A program made the position numbers and the translations under genes. The notes below the pieces were generated by a model. The model worked only from the letters and a program-made list of their open reading frames with translations, had not been told where the DNA came from and did not search any database. A stretch of DNA of 64,000 nucleotides from an uncultured Pseudomonadota bacterium (GTDB lineage Bacteria > Oederibacteriota > Muellerivitia > Muellerivitales > Muellerivitaceae), in NCBI GenBank assembly GCA_963770835.1, contig CAVYRH010000026.1, positions 736,001 through 800,000 on the forward strand, written 5' to 3'. Positions 9,343 to 19,181 of this stretch are shown here, in pieces; the stretch's first letter is position 1, and the number at the start of each line of letters is the position of its first letter.

Positions 9343-9930
9343 ATGCCCCAAAAATCCGGTCTCGACATCCTCGCCTTCAAATCCCCCGGCGCTTGGGAAA
9401 ATTGGCTGGCGAAGAACCATACCAAATCCAAGGGCCTCTGGCTGAAAATCTTCAAGAAAGATTCTGGGAAACCCAGTATCACCTACTCCGAAGCCCTCGA
9501 CGGGGCCCTGTGTTACGGCTGGATCGACGGCCAAAAGGACCGCCATGACGGGGAAGCCTGGCTCCAGCGGTTCAGCCCGCGAAGGCCGAAAAGCGTCTGG
9601 TCCCAGGTCAACACCGGCCACGTGATGAGGCTCACCCAAGAAGGCCGGATGAAACCGGCGGGCCTGAGGGAAGTGGAAGCCGCCAAGAAGGACGGTAGGT
9701 GGAAAAAAGCCTATCCCGCCCAAAGCAAGGCAACTTACCCCAAGGATTTCCTCGCGGAAGTGAAGAAGAACAAGAAGGCCCTGGCTTTCCTAGAAAGCTT
9801 GGACAGGATTAACCGTTTCGCCATCATCTACCGGCTTCACGCCGCCAAAAAGCCCGAAACCCGCGAAAAACGCCTCAAACAATACGTCGCCATGATGGCC
9901 AAGGGTGAGAAGCTTTATCCTCAAGCCTAG
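9343..9930 (+). CDS. YdeI/OmpD-associated family protein
   Basis: WENWL..NH, EALDGALCYGWIDG, RFSPRR..S.WS..N, AKKPETR..R. Confidence 0.85.
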   Translation: MPQKSGLDILAFKSPGAWENWLAKNHTKSKGLWLKIFKKDSGKPSITYSEALDGALCYGWIDGQKDRHDGEAWLQRFSPRRPKSVWSQVNTGHVMRLTQEGRMKPAGLREVEAAKKDGRWKKAYPAQSKATYPKDFLAEVKKNKKALAFLESLDRINRFAIIYRLHAAKKPETREKRLKQYVAMMAKGEKLYPQA

Positions 9931-9996
9931 CTGTTATTCCTAGGATCAGAGCCGATAGGGGCTGAACCTCGCAATGCAAACTTGATCCTTTTCCTA

Positions 9997-10024
9997 TGTC
10001 CGGGTTTGGTTTTGGCCTTCGTCG
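9997..10024 (+). promoter_or_regulatory. Putative ECF promoter variant TGTCCG-N17-CGTCG upstream of YciI-YciI-ECF operon
   Basis: TGTCCG ggtttggttttggcctt CGTCG tatg. Confidence 0.6.
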
Positions 10025-10079
10025 TATGGTATGAAGGCTCCTGAACGGGCCTTCTACCAAGGTTTAAAGGAGACGAGTC

Positions 10080-10433
10080 ATGGCCGATTTCGTGTATTTG
10101 TTCTGGAACCAAAAAGAAGACGCGCAAAGGATGGCGAAGGCTACCCCGGAAGAGCGGCAGAAGATCACCGGGCGCTGGATGGCCTGGCTGGAAGAACTCA
10201 AGAAAAAGGGCCACGTCAAGGATATGGGCGCGCCCCTGGAATTCATGGGAAAGATGCTCCAAGGCGCCCAAAAACGGGTGACTGACGGTCCCTACCCGGA
10301 AATCAAGGACGTCATCGGGGGCTTCTCCCTGATCACGGCCAAGAACCTGGACGAGGCCGCCGAACTGGCCAAGGGTTGCCCCATCCTGGAACTGGGCGGC
10401 CAGGTTGAGGTCCGTCCCATCCGCCCCATGTAA
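10080..10433 (+). CDS. YciI/DGPF family protein
   Basis: TDGPYPEIKDVIGGF...LAKGCP...VEVRP. Confidence 0.9.
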   Translation: MADFVYLFWNQKEDAQRMAKATPEERQKITGRWMAWLEELKKKGHVKDMGAPLEFMGKMLQGAQKRVTDGPYPEIKDVIGGFSLITAKNLDEAAELAKGCPILELGGQVEVRPIRPM

Positions 10434-10478
10434 TCCAAGCCGTTACTCACCACCTTCACCTAAAAAAGGAGACTCAAG

Positions 10479-10823
10479 ATGCCTAAATTCCTATATCTGT
10501 TCTGGAACAAACCCTCGAATTGGGCGGCCCAATCCCCCGAGGATATGGAACGCCGCATGAAGAAGTGGATGGGCTGGATGGATTCCCTGAGGGCTTCGGG
10601 CCATTTTACCGGCGCGGGCGAACGGCTGGAGGATACCGGAAGCCTGGTGCGGGGCAAGGCCAAGTCCGTCACCGACGGGCCCTATGCCGAGGCCAAGGAC
10701 ACGATCGGCGGCTATATCGTGGTCGAGGCTAAGGACCTGAAAGAAGCTGTGGAATTGTCCAAGGGTTGTCCCGTGCTGGAAGGGGACGGCCTGGTCGAGG
10801 TGCGGCCCGTGGCATCCATGTAA
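10479..10823 (+). CDS. YciI/DGPF family protein
   Basis: TDGPYAEAKDTIGGY...SKGCP...VEVRP. Confidence 0.9.
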   Translation: MPKFLYLFWNKPSNWAAQSPEDMERRMKKWMGWMDSLRASGHFTGAGERLEDTGSLVRGKAKSVTDGPYAEAKDTIGGYIVVEAKDLKEAVELSKGCPVLEGDGLVEVRPVASM

Positions 10824-10835
10824 GGACCGGTTTTC

Positions 10836-12089
10836 ATGCAAGACACGCGCGAGGTCATGGACCATCTTTTCCGGCGGGAGGCGGGGAAGATGGTCTCTTA
10901 TTTAACGAGGATCTTCGGTCTAGGCCACCTCAACATGGCCGAGGACGTGGTCCAGGACACCCTCATCAAAGCCATGGAAACCTGGTCCCTGCACGGCCTG
11001 CCGGACAACCCCTCGGCCTGGCTCATGCGCGCGGCCCGCAACCGGGCCATCGACCTTATCCGCCGCGACACCCATTTCAAGTTCGTCACCCCGGAACTAA
11101 CCTACCTTTTGCGGCTGCGCGAGGAGGAGGGGAAAGAGGGGCCCGTTCCCGCCAAGGAAATCCAAGACGACCAATTGCGCATGATGTTCTCCTGCTGCCA
11201 CCCGGACCTTTCCCCCGACGCCCAGGTCACCCTCATTCTCAAGACCCTCTGCGGGTTCAGCGTCTCCGAGATCGCCCACGCCTTTTTCACCCAGGAAGAC
11301 GCCATTGAAAAGAAGCTGGGCCGGGCCCGCAAGGACTTAAGGGAATCCGGCACCTTCGTGGAACTGACCAACAACCTGGATATCTCCCAGCGGCTGGAGA
11401 CGGTCTACCAGGTGCTTTACCTGCTCTTCAACGAGGGTTACCACGGCAGCAGGTCGGACCGCAAGGAACCCGAGGAGCTTTGCTACGAGGCCATGCGGCT
11501 CACCCTGCTCCTGGGCGAACACCCCGAGGGCCAAAAGCCCAAAACCTACGCGCTTCTCGCCCTCATGTGCCTGCACGCCGCCCGCCTGCCGGGCCGGCTG
11601 GGGGACGACGGAACCCTGATCCAACTGGAATTCCAGGACCGCTCCAAATGGGACCAGGCCCTGATCGGGAAGGGGCTGGAATACCTGGAAAGGGCCTGGG
11701 CCGGGCAGGTGGTCAGTGAATACCTGGTGGAAGCCAGCATCGCGGGCCTGCATTGCAGCGCCAAAACCTATGCCGAAACCGAGTGGGGGAAGATATTGGA
11801 GCTCTATAACCTGCTCTATCACCTCAAACCCACGCCGGTGGTGGCCTTGAACCACGCCATCGCCCTGGGCAAAGCCGAGGGCCTGGAAAAGGGCCTGGAG
11901 GCCTTGAAAAACCTTCCGGGGGCCGACAAGCTTAAGGAATACCCCTTTTATCCGGCGGCCATGGGGGAATTTCACTTTTTGGCGGGCCGGCCGAAGGAAG
12001 CGGAGGTTTATTTCGCCGAGGCCGTCCATCAATCCCGCAACGATTCCGAGAAAAATTTTTTTGAGCGTAAGCTCAAAATGTGTAAATGA
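10836..12089 (+). CDS. ECF sigma-70 factor with TPR-like extension (ECF42-like), second paralog
   Basis: AEDVVQD, P.AWL, DDQLRMMFSCCHP, YLLFNEGY, QDRSKWD, PTPVVALNHAIA. Confidence 0.9.
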   Translation: MQDTREVMDHLFRREAGKMVSYLTRIFGLGHLNMAEDVVQDTLIKAMETWSLHGLPDNPSAWLMRAARNRAIDLIRRDTHFKFVTPELTYLLRLREEEGKEGPVPAKEIQDDQLRMMFSCCHPDLSPDAQVTLILKTLCGFSVSEIAHAFFTQEDAIEKKLGRARKDLRESGTFVELTNNLDISQRLETVYQVLYLLFNEGYHGSRSDRKEPEELCYEAMRLTLLLGEHPEGQKPKTYALLALMCLHAARLPGRLGDDGTLIQLEFQDRSKWDQALIGKGLEYLERAWAGQVVSEYLVEASIAGLHCSAKTYAETEWGKILELYNLLYHLKPTPVVALNHAIALGKAEGLEKGLEALKNLPGADKLKEYPFYPAAMGEFHFLAGRPKEAEVYFAEAVHQSRNDSEKNFFERKLKMCK

Positions 12090-12093
12090 TGCT

Positions 12094-12242
12094 GTCATTG
12101 CGAGGAGTGCCGACCGAATAGGTCGGCGTAAACGACGAAGCAACCCCAGTTCCAAAACAACTTCCTTGGGAAAAGACTTATTTAGACTGAGGTTGCTTCG
12201 TCATATTCGAGTCCCTATTCGGGGCTCATTCCTCGCAATGAC
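12094..12242. repeat. GTCATTGCGAG...GACGAAGCAAC palindromic repeat, full doublet
   Basis: Inverted arms GTCATTGCGAGGA / TCCTCGCAATGAC and GACGAAGCAACC / GGTTGCTTCGTC; further copies at 31543, 41664, 44952, 51231. Confidence 0.9.
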
Positions 12243-12266
12243 CGCTATTTTAAATGTTTTGTCTAA

Positions 12267-12294
12267 TGTCCGGGTCCGGACCCCCGATTCGTCA
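12267..12294 (+). promoter_or_regulatory. Putative ECF promoter variant TGTCCG-N17-CGTCA upstream of the CMD-family gene
   Basis: TGTCCG ggtccggacccccgatt CGTCA. Confidence 0.6.
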
Positions 12295-12345
12295 TTTAAA
12301 TAGAGGCAAGTAACAAGCCTTACTTCAAATGAGAGGAGATTTACC

Positions 12346-12921
12346 ATGGAAACTTTAGTCAATGACCAACCCTTCCTTGCGCCTATCGAGGAGCCCAAGG
12401 ATTTAGAGACAAAGCAGGCTTATGACTTTTACCTGAAGACCTTTGGCAAGGTCCTCACGCCGGTGAAGGTTTTTTCCGCCCGTATGCCGGCGGCTTTCGG
12501 CAAGTTCTCGGGCATGATCTCCCAATTGGATCAGCAACTGGAGCTTCCAAGGGAGACGGTCATGTTGGTGCGCGAGCGGGTGGCCCAATTGAACGTCTGC
12601 CTCTTCTGCATGGATATCGGCCGGGTGGGCGTCATCCAGGCATCGATGAACGAAGCCAAGTTCGACGCCCTCGATCATTACGCCACAAGCCCGCTTTTCA
12701 CCGACGGCGAAAAGGCCATGCTGGACTATGTGACGGAGCTCACGAGGGATAAGAAGGTGGACCCAAAGGTTTTCGCGCGGATGCGGGAGCATTATTCGGA
12801 ACGCCAGATCTGTGAGATCGTCTATCTAGTGGCCAGCGAGCACGTCTACAACATGACCAACATCGGCCTCAACATCCACTCGGACATGCTTTGCGACATC
12901 ACCAAGAAGAAAAAGGTTTAA
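12346..12921 (+). CDS. Carboxymuconolactone decarboxylase / AhpD-like protein
   Basis: VAQLNVCLFCMD CxxC motif; FTDGEKAML.YV.ELT. Confidence 0.8.
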   Translation: METLVNDQPFLAPIEEPKDLETKQAYDFYLKTFGKVLTPVKVFSARMPAAFGKFSGMISQLDQQLELPRETVMLVRERVAQLNVCLFCMDIGRVGVIQASMNEAKFDALDHYATSPLFTDGEKAMLDYVTELTRDKKVDPKVFARMREHYSERQICEIVYLVASEHVYNMTNIGLNIHSDMLCDITKKKKV

Positions 12922-12994
12922 AAGACGGCGGCTTTGGGCAGGGAGTTACCCCGCCGTAACTCCTTGCCGGGAACAACAAAGACTCTTAAATTTG

Positions 12995-13092
12995 AACCAC
13001 AGGGTTCACAGAGTACACAAAGTAAGGATTAGGATTTGGGGTTAATCAAATCTTAAATCTTTAACTCTGTGACCTCTGTGTACCCTGTGGTT
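12995..13092. repeat. Inverted 9-nt-periodic repeat (AACCACAG..CACAGAG / CTCTGTG..CTGTGGTT)
   Basis: Arms of three ~9-mers facing each other across an AT-rich core; related copies at 32651, 34790, 46485. Confidence 0.8.
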
Positions 13093-13113
13093 AAGGATTT
13101 TCGGAGGTGTGCC

Positions 13114-14154
13114 ATGAAAGCCAAAACGACTGAAAGCTTGGAAGGCGCGGTGAAGGGGGTGAAACCCCTGGGGTTTCCCTGGAAAACGGCCGACCCCTTC
13201 CTCTTTTGCGCGCATCATGACGACGCCTATCCGGCGGGCAACGACCAATTGGGCCCCCAGGCTTCCCTGAAGGGCCGGAATATCGGCAACGATTTCGAGG
13301 GGATCGACGGATGGCGCATGTACCACGGGGATACGGTTCCGGGCTTTCCCCAGCACCCCCACCGGGGCTTTGAGACCGTGACCCTTGTGCGCAAGGGCTT
13401 CATCGACCATTCGGATTCCTTGGGCGCCACCGCCCGATTCGGCCAGGGCGATATGCAATGGCTGACGGCAGGCAAGGGCATCAACCACGCGGAAATGTTC
13501 CCTTTGTTGGACCCCAAAAAGCCCAACCCAGTTGAGCTTTTCCAAATCTGGCTGAACCTGCCCAAGACCGGCAAGATGGTCGCGCCTTACTTTTCCATGC
13601 AATGGACCGAACAAATCCCCAAGGTGGCGGCCACTGACGAGGCCGGGCGAAAGACCGAAGTAACCTTGATTGCCGGACATTTGGGGGAAAAGAAGGCCCT
13701 GCCCCCGCCGCCCGATTCCTGGGCCGCCAAGCCCGAAAGCGACCTGGCCATTTGGACCCTGAAGATGGAACCGAAGGCCCGGTGGGCCCTGCCGAGGGCC
13801 AAGAAAGGCACGAACCGCACCCTTTATTTCTTCCGGGGGGAATCAATCATGATCGGGGGCGTCACGGTGAAGTCCCGCAATGGCGTCGAGCTGGAGCCGG
13901 ATGTGGATGTTTTATTGGAGAACGGCGGCCAAGAGGCCGAATTGCTCCTCTTGCAGGGCCGCCCCATCGGCGAGCCGGTGGCCCAGTACGGGCCTTTCGT
14001 GATGAATACCATGGTGGAAGTTCAACAGGCTTACGAGGATTACCACCGGACCCAGTTCGGCGGCTGGCCCTGGAAGTCGGTTGATCCGGTTCATCCCCGA
14101 GGGGAAGGCCGCTTCGCCAAGCACGCCGACGGCCGTATCGAACGGCCATCCTAA
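13114..14154 (+). CDS. Pirin family protein
   Basis: GFPQHPHRGFETVT, DHSDSLG, QWLTAGKGINHAE, GPFVMNT; ATG after GGAGG. Confidence 0.95.
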   Translation: MKAKTTESLEGAVKGVKPLGFPWKTADPFLFCAHHDDAYPAGNDQLGPQASLKGRNIGNDFEGIDGWRMYHGDTVPGFPQHPHRGFETVTLVRKGFIDHSDSLGATARFGQGDMQWLTAGKGINHAEMFPLLDPKKPNPVELFQIWLNLPKTGKMVAPYFSMQWTEQIPKVAATDEAGRKTEVTLIAGHLGEKKALPPPPDSWAAKPESDLAIWTLKMEPKARWALPRAKKGTNRTLYFFRGESIMIGGVTVKSRNGVELEPDVDVLLENGGQEAELLLLQGRPIGEPVAQYGPFVMNTMVEVQQAYEDYHRTQFGGWPWKSVDPVHPRGEGRFAKHADGRIERPS

Positions 14155-14169
14155 ATAATCCCGAATAAA

Positions 14170-14220
14170 TAACGGCCCGGCTCCTATTGGTTTACCCGCG
14201 AAGCCAGGCCGTTTTTTGTT
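14170..14220. terminator. Probable bidirectional terminator between convergent genes
   Basis: AACGGCC...GGCCGTT stem followed by a T run. Confidence 0.55.
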
Positions 14221-14232
14221 TTTAAGACCAGC

Positions 14233-14595
14233 TCAATGGTCGTGGTGGTCCCCGTGGTCATCATGCCAATGTCCAGGGGGGTATTTCGCCCGATGGTCCG
14301 CGTAATGGGACCAGGGCCTGCCTCTGTCCGACCGCAACATTACGTGATGGCCCAGGTGGTGAAATCGCGGCGGCAAATGGCGGACCCGAACCCAGTTAGG
14401 TCCGTCCTGGTAGAAATAAACATGGGCCCCGTAATCGTAATAGACCCCCATATCGGGATAGTACCAGTAGTTATAGGCCGGGGCTGGTGCCGGCCCGCCA
14501 ACATTGATCCCGACTGACACTTGGCCGTATCCGCGGGCAGCCGCCAGCAAGCAGAGGGGGATAAACAAACCGACTAAAAGCCAGGAACGTTTCAT
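14233..14595 (-). CDS. Small secreted Tyr/His-rich protein
   Basis: Signal peptide, YWYYPD..VYYD...YFY..G..W core, His-rich tail; AAGGAGG RBS. Confidence 0.7.
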   Translation of the reverse strand: MKRSWLLVGLFIPLCLLAAARGYGQVSVGINVGGPAPAPAYNYWYYPDMGVYYDYGAHVYFYQDGPNWVRVRHLPPRFHHLGHHVMLRSDRGRPWSHYADHRAKYPPGHWHDDHGDHHDH

Positions 14596-14803
14596 GGTTC
14601 CCTCCTTAACGGGATCGAAGGTGGAACGGTCGGAAAAAGACGGTGACCGCGCCTCCGGTCCAAAGTGAACGACAACTATGGGCTAGCGACCTTTGCCGCT
14701 GCCCTTAGCACCATACTCGGCCCGGGGCCCTAAAAAAAACAACCCGGGTCCAGTATTTTGTTTTTCCTGAAATCGCTCTTATTTCCGAAATTGTGACCCC
14801 GTG

Positions 14804-14908
14804 GCCCGGCTCAACGGATGGCTCTGGAAGTCGGATGATCCTGTTCATTCTCGTGGGGAAGGACGTTTTGCCAAGCATGCCGACGGGCGGATTGATAGAC
14901 CTAACTAA
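14804..14908 (+). pseudogene. Relic duplicate of the pirin 3' end (last ~34 codons plus stop)
   Basis: Translates GWLWKSDDPVHSRGEGRFAKHADGRIDRPN* versus pirin GWPWKSVDPVHPRGEGRFAKHADGRIERPS*. Hand count: 73/93 nt and 25/30 aa identical, no indels. Confidence 0.9.
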
Positions 14909-14926
14909 ATTGAATATTTAGTTAGG
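14900..14926. terminator. Perfect 11-bp hairpin between the relic stop and the convergent AT-rich gene
   Basis: CCTAACTAAAT-tgaat-ATTTAGTTAGG. Confidence 0.45.
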
Positions 14927-14944
14927 GGATTAACTGTAATTGAA

Positions 14945-15673
14945 CTAAGGATATTTTTCTAATTTGTCCTTTAAATCTCCCAGATAAACAACTCGTGCTT
15001 GCAACAAGTAGAAGTCATGCTCTTTATCCTTTGTAATTTTCGGCCAGGTATAATTTGATTGAGGAAGCACTTGTTCAAATTCGATAGCTTTATCATTTCC
15101 GATTTTTGTTTGAAGAGTTATTAAACACAATTGAAACCATTGGGCTACCTGGGGTTCTAAATCAACGCCAGTTTTTTCCGAAAAAAAGTCATCGTAAAGA
15201 GGAGCGCTTTTGTCGATCAAATCTTGAAGAAGTTTTATTTTATCTTTTCTTACCTGTAATTCTTCAGGGGTTTCTGACGAAGCACTGTTTATAATTTGGT
15301 ATTGAATCTTTGTGTTTTGCGGTCGACGGAGTAACTCTAGTTTGGCTTTTTTAAAATCCTTATCCTTTTGAACTAGGTCAGAAATTTTATTGTTATAAAT
15401 GGTGGCAGAAGTATCAAAGAACGCCCAAAGAAGTGTTAAAAGAAAAACGACTATTGTGATAATGATTTTTGTTCCATCTTCTTTTAATTTTTCCTTGCTT
15501 TTTCTTTTACCGGATTTTTCTTTGGAAAAGATGTAAATAATGGCAATCAAAAATAATAATTCAATAACGGATAAGAAAATTGAAATCATTGTTACGCCGC
15601 GCCACATTAAGACATTGGCCCAGGCCTGTTTGAAAACAAGATAGAAATATTCCGAATCAGATAATTGATCCAT
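14945..15673 (-). CDS. AT-rich hypothetical membrane protein
   Basis: 242-aa ORF with two TM segments; visibly AT-richer than its neighbours. Confidence 0.6.
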   Translation of the reverse strand: MDQLSDSEYFYLVFKQAWANVLMWRGVTMISIFLSVIELLFLIAIIYIFSKEKSGKRKSKEKLKEDGTKIIITIVVFLLTLLWAFFDTSATIYNNKISDLVQKDKDFKKAKLELLRRPQNTKIQYQIINSASSETPEELQVRKDKIKLLQDLIDKSAPLYDDFFSEKTGVDLEPQVAQWFQLCLITLQTKIGNDKAIEFEQVLPQSNYTWPKITKDKEHDFYLLQARVVYLGDLKDKLEKYP

Positions 15674-15777
15674 GGAAAATCTCCCTTCTTTATGATGGTT
15701 CGAAATTTGGAAGATGTTTTGGAAGGGATAGGTCGCGTTTGGAGCGAAACAAGCTCTTTAGTATTTAAAGACCTTTT

Positions 15778-16443
15778 TCAGCTCCCCGCGTCTAAGCGAT
15801 ACTTCGCGAAGGCCTGCTGGGCGGCATCGTTGGAGGCATCCCGGATGTCCTGCCAGCGCTGAATGTGGTCGGAATAGTTCAAATCCCTCAGGATCATCTC
15901 GGTGTGGGTGTCGTCAAAATGCCATTCCTTCAAAAGCACGTCGTTGCCCAGGGGTTCGGGGCTGCCGCTGGCGTTCTTGTTCCAGCGCCGGTATTGATGG
16001 GCCCATTCCGCCAGGGGGATGGCCTTGGCGCTGTCCCCGTCCCAGGTGGCGGAGATGAAATAAAGCTTGCCGTTGGGAATATAGAACAAAAGGTCCGCGG
16101 AGGTGGCGGCCGTCACCCCGGTGGAGGCGTCCAAAGTCACGATCGTAAACTGGGGGTCGTTATTGAAGGAACGGAATTTCTTCTTGGCGTCGGGGTATTT
16201 TTGGAGGAGATCATCCAGGGTCATGCCCAGGCTGAAACCAGCGGTTTCCCGGGGGATGGGGATCTTGGGACCGGCGAAGAATTCCTTGAAAACCCCGGTG
16301 CTCCAAATGGCGGCCAGGATGATAAGGGCGAAGATAAAGCCGATGACCTTCCCCTTCCACTGGCCGGGGGTGGGAATGGAATCGGACTTTGGTTTGGATA
16401 GGACGGCTTCAGTTGCTGACGGCTGTTTGCGGCGTGTTGGCAT
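15778..16443 (-). CDS. Hypothetical bitopic membrane protein
   Basis: One TM segment, then GFSLGMT motif; host-like codon use; overlaps the radical SAM end. Confidence 0.6.
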   Translation of the reverse strand: MPTRRKQPSATEAVLSKPKSDSIPTPGQWKGKVIGFIFALIILAAIWSTGVFKEFFAGPKIPIPRETAGFSLGMTLDDLLQKYPDAKKKFRSFNNDPQFTIVTLDASTGVTAATSADLLFYIPNGKLYFISATWDGDSAKAIPLAEWAHQYRRWNKNASGSPEPLGNDVLLKEWHFDDTHTEMILRDLNYSDHIQRWQDIRDASNDAAQQAFAKYRLDAGS

Positions 16444-17949
16444 TGGTCGTCGCGCTTTCTGGAATAGGTTCTTGATAATCCTGCACGTGGCCCAACAGCG
16501 ACTTTAAACCCCTCCACAACAGATCCAGTTCCCGGAAGTGACGGATCGTAATCAACTGCCGGAACATGAACTTCGGATCCTTCATCAGCGCCCAGGTCTT
16601 GCGGGTCCAGGGGGCTGGGTTCACGTTGGTCTTTAATATCGGGTGGCTCATATCGTACCGTTCATAGTCTTCTTTGCCAATTAAAAGCCAGCCCTTGTTG
16701 GTGGCCTCCCTCCAGAGGGGGGAGCCGGGGTAAGCGATGACGACCGAGGCCTGCATGCAGTCCCCGAAGCGCACTTTGTAGTTCAGGATCTCCTTGGTGA
16801 CCTCATAGGTCTTGTTCATGTCCTCTTCGGTTTCCCAGGGGTAGCCGAACATAGTGGTCAGGAGCACCACCAATCCCTTGTCTTTGGCCATCTTGACGCC
16901 GTTGCTGATGAGGTCCACGGTCTCGCATTTGGCCAGGTGCTTGATGCTGTAATCGGAACCCGCTTCCAACCCGATCTTCAGGAGGCGCCAGCCGCACTTG
17001 ACCAAGAGATCGACCACTTCCTCGTTCAGGGTGTCGGCGCGGCAGTTGGAGGAAAATTGGAAGCGGCCCAAAAGCTTGCGGGCCGTCAGTTCTTTATAAA
17101 ACTCCTTGAGCCACTCGATGTTGTAGATGGGGCCGGATTCGTTGTCGTCGAAGAATTCCCAGACCTTGTACTTGTTGACGCAGATTTCCATTTCCTCGGC
17201 CACGTTCTTGGGGGAGCGCAGGCGGGCGGTCTTGCCCCAAAGGGCGTGCTGCCAGATGCAGAAGGTGCAGACACCCACGCTGTTGGGGGAGGCGTCGGAA
17301 GCGCCGCAGCCCCGGCCGGTGAGGATGTAGGCCGTGGGGCGCAGCAGGTAGGCCTCGCCGTAATCCAGGAAGCGGGTCAGTTCGCGGTCGATGAAGGGCA
17401 GGGAATCTAGGGCGTCGGTGAGCTTGTGGGGGCCGGTGGTGACGGTCTTGCCGGAGGCGTCGCGGTACCAGACGCCGGGGCCCAGGGGTTCCTTACCCGC
17501 CAGGAACTGGACGATGTTGCGGCCCACGATGTCGTAGTCGCCGCCGGTCATGACGTAATCCACCTTGGAGTTCAGGACCGATTCCTCAGGAAAGTAGCTC
17601 ACGTGGTCGCCCATCAGGGCCATCTTCATCTCCGGGAAGCGGGTCTTCAGTTCCTCTATATATTTCCAGTGGCGCTTCACCACGGGGGCCTTGGTCTCCA
17701 AAAAGACGATCTCGGGGGCGAAGTCAGTCGAGGTGCTTGTCGAATTCCTCGTCGCTCATGCGGCGGTTGATGCCGTCCAGCCAGAGCACTTCGTGGCCCA
17801 GGTGCTTCAGGTTGGTGGCCAAGTGGCCGGGCACCAGGGGGAAGATGCGGACTTCAAGGGTCTTGGAGAATTTCAGATGGCGGTTCTGGGTTAAAAGAGG
17901 AAGTTCGCCGTTTTTGCGGAACGGGGGGTAAAGGACTGGCAGTTTTCAT
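16409..17949 (-). CDS. B12-binding radical SAM protein with two apparent +1 frameshifts (~17937, ~17727)
   Basis: Restored N-terminus MK..VLYPPF...LGHEVLWLDG; G.HVS; RGC-x12-CTFC; FFDDN; IGLEAGS; YPGSPLW. Confidence 0.8.
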
Positions 17950-18054
17950 GAAGATCTCACCTCAGGAATGAATATAGAAGCACTTCAAAATACGAAAAAA
18001 CCCCTAAAAAACCAACCCTCATTGCTTTGGACGTTCATAGAACGGCTTCGCGGG

Positions 18055-19059
18055 TCATATTCTACCGCGATAATACTCAATCGTGTGTTTCAAACCCTCT
18101 TTTAAAGGGATCTTGGGCTCCCATTTCAGGACCTTTTTGGCCTTGGAAATATCAGGCTTGCGCTTGATGGGGTCGTCCTGGGGCAGGGGTTTTTTCACGA
18201 TTTTGGCGCCCGGTTTGCCGCAAAGCTCCTTCACGATCTTCGCGAACTGGAGGATGGTGGTCTCCTGGGGGTTGCCCAGGTTGAAAACCTCCCCCGTGGT
18301 ATGGGGCGTGGAAATGGCGGCCCAGAGGCCCCTTACCAGGTCTGCCACGTAGCAGAAACTGCGGGTCTGGGAGCCGTCGCCGTAAACCGTCAGGGAGTTC
18401 CCGTTCAAGGCCTGGGTGATCAGGTTGGAAACCACCCGGCCGTCGTTCTCGTTCAAGCGGGGCCCATAGGTGTTGAAGATGCGCACCAGCCGGGCATCCA
18501 CCTCGTATTTGTGCGACGTACTCATAAACCAGGGCCTCGCCGAGGCGCTTGCTTTCGTCGTAGCAGGAGCGGGGCCCGAAGGAATTCACGTTGCCCCAAT
18601 AGGTCTCCACTTGGGGATGGACCAGAGGGTTGCCGTAGACTTCCGAGGTGGAGGCGAAAAGGAAGCTTGGCGCTCCTTCTTTTTGCAGTACTCCAAAAGC
18701 CGGTAGGTGCCGATGGAATTGGTGAGGATGGTCTCGATGGAGTTCTTCATGTAGCCCACGGGCGAGGCGGGGGAGGCCAGGTGGAACACATAGTCGGCCT
18801 TGGGCAGGAAGCGCGGGAACCCCCGGGCGACGTCCCTTAAGAAGCGGGGGAGGGCCAGGAAGCGCGGCAGGCCCTTGATGATGTCCTGGTGGATGAAGCG
18901 GAAGTGGGGATGGCGCCGGATATGGGCGATGTTTTCGGATTTTCCGGTGATGAGGTTGTCCACGCAGACCACGTGGTGGCCCAGGGACAGGAGGTAATCG
19001 CAAAGATGGGACCCGACGAAACCGGCGCCGCCGGTGACCAACGAATGAACGCGTTTCAT
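18055..19059 (-). CDS. UDP-glucuronate decarboxylase-like NAD-dependent epimerase/dehydratase with three apparent single-base insertions
   Basis: [49 protein letters not shown] spread over three frames. Confidence 0.85.
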
Positions 19060-19181
19060 GGAACCTCAAGGGAGGAACAGGTCTGATCTTCGCGAGGCAG
19101 GAGTTTAACACAAGCGGCGCGCGGGCTGCCACAGGGTATTTACCGCCATCGCACCCGGAAAAGGGGTCCGCGAAGGGAAAT

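Noticed and set aside
12937..12968. Rho-independent terminator after the CMD gene
   Set aside because: Strong 13-bp stem but no following T tract, so the function is not supportable.
14640..14760. Riboswitch upstream of the His-rich gene
   Set aside because: Hairpins are present but do not match any riboswitch consensus I can recognise.
14899..14927. Integron attC site (ACCTAAC...GTTAGGG)
   Set aside because: Only ~29 bp, far shorter than an attC, with no L boxes or extrahelical bases; a simple hairpin.
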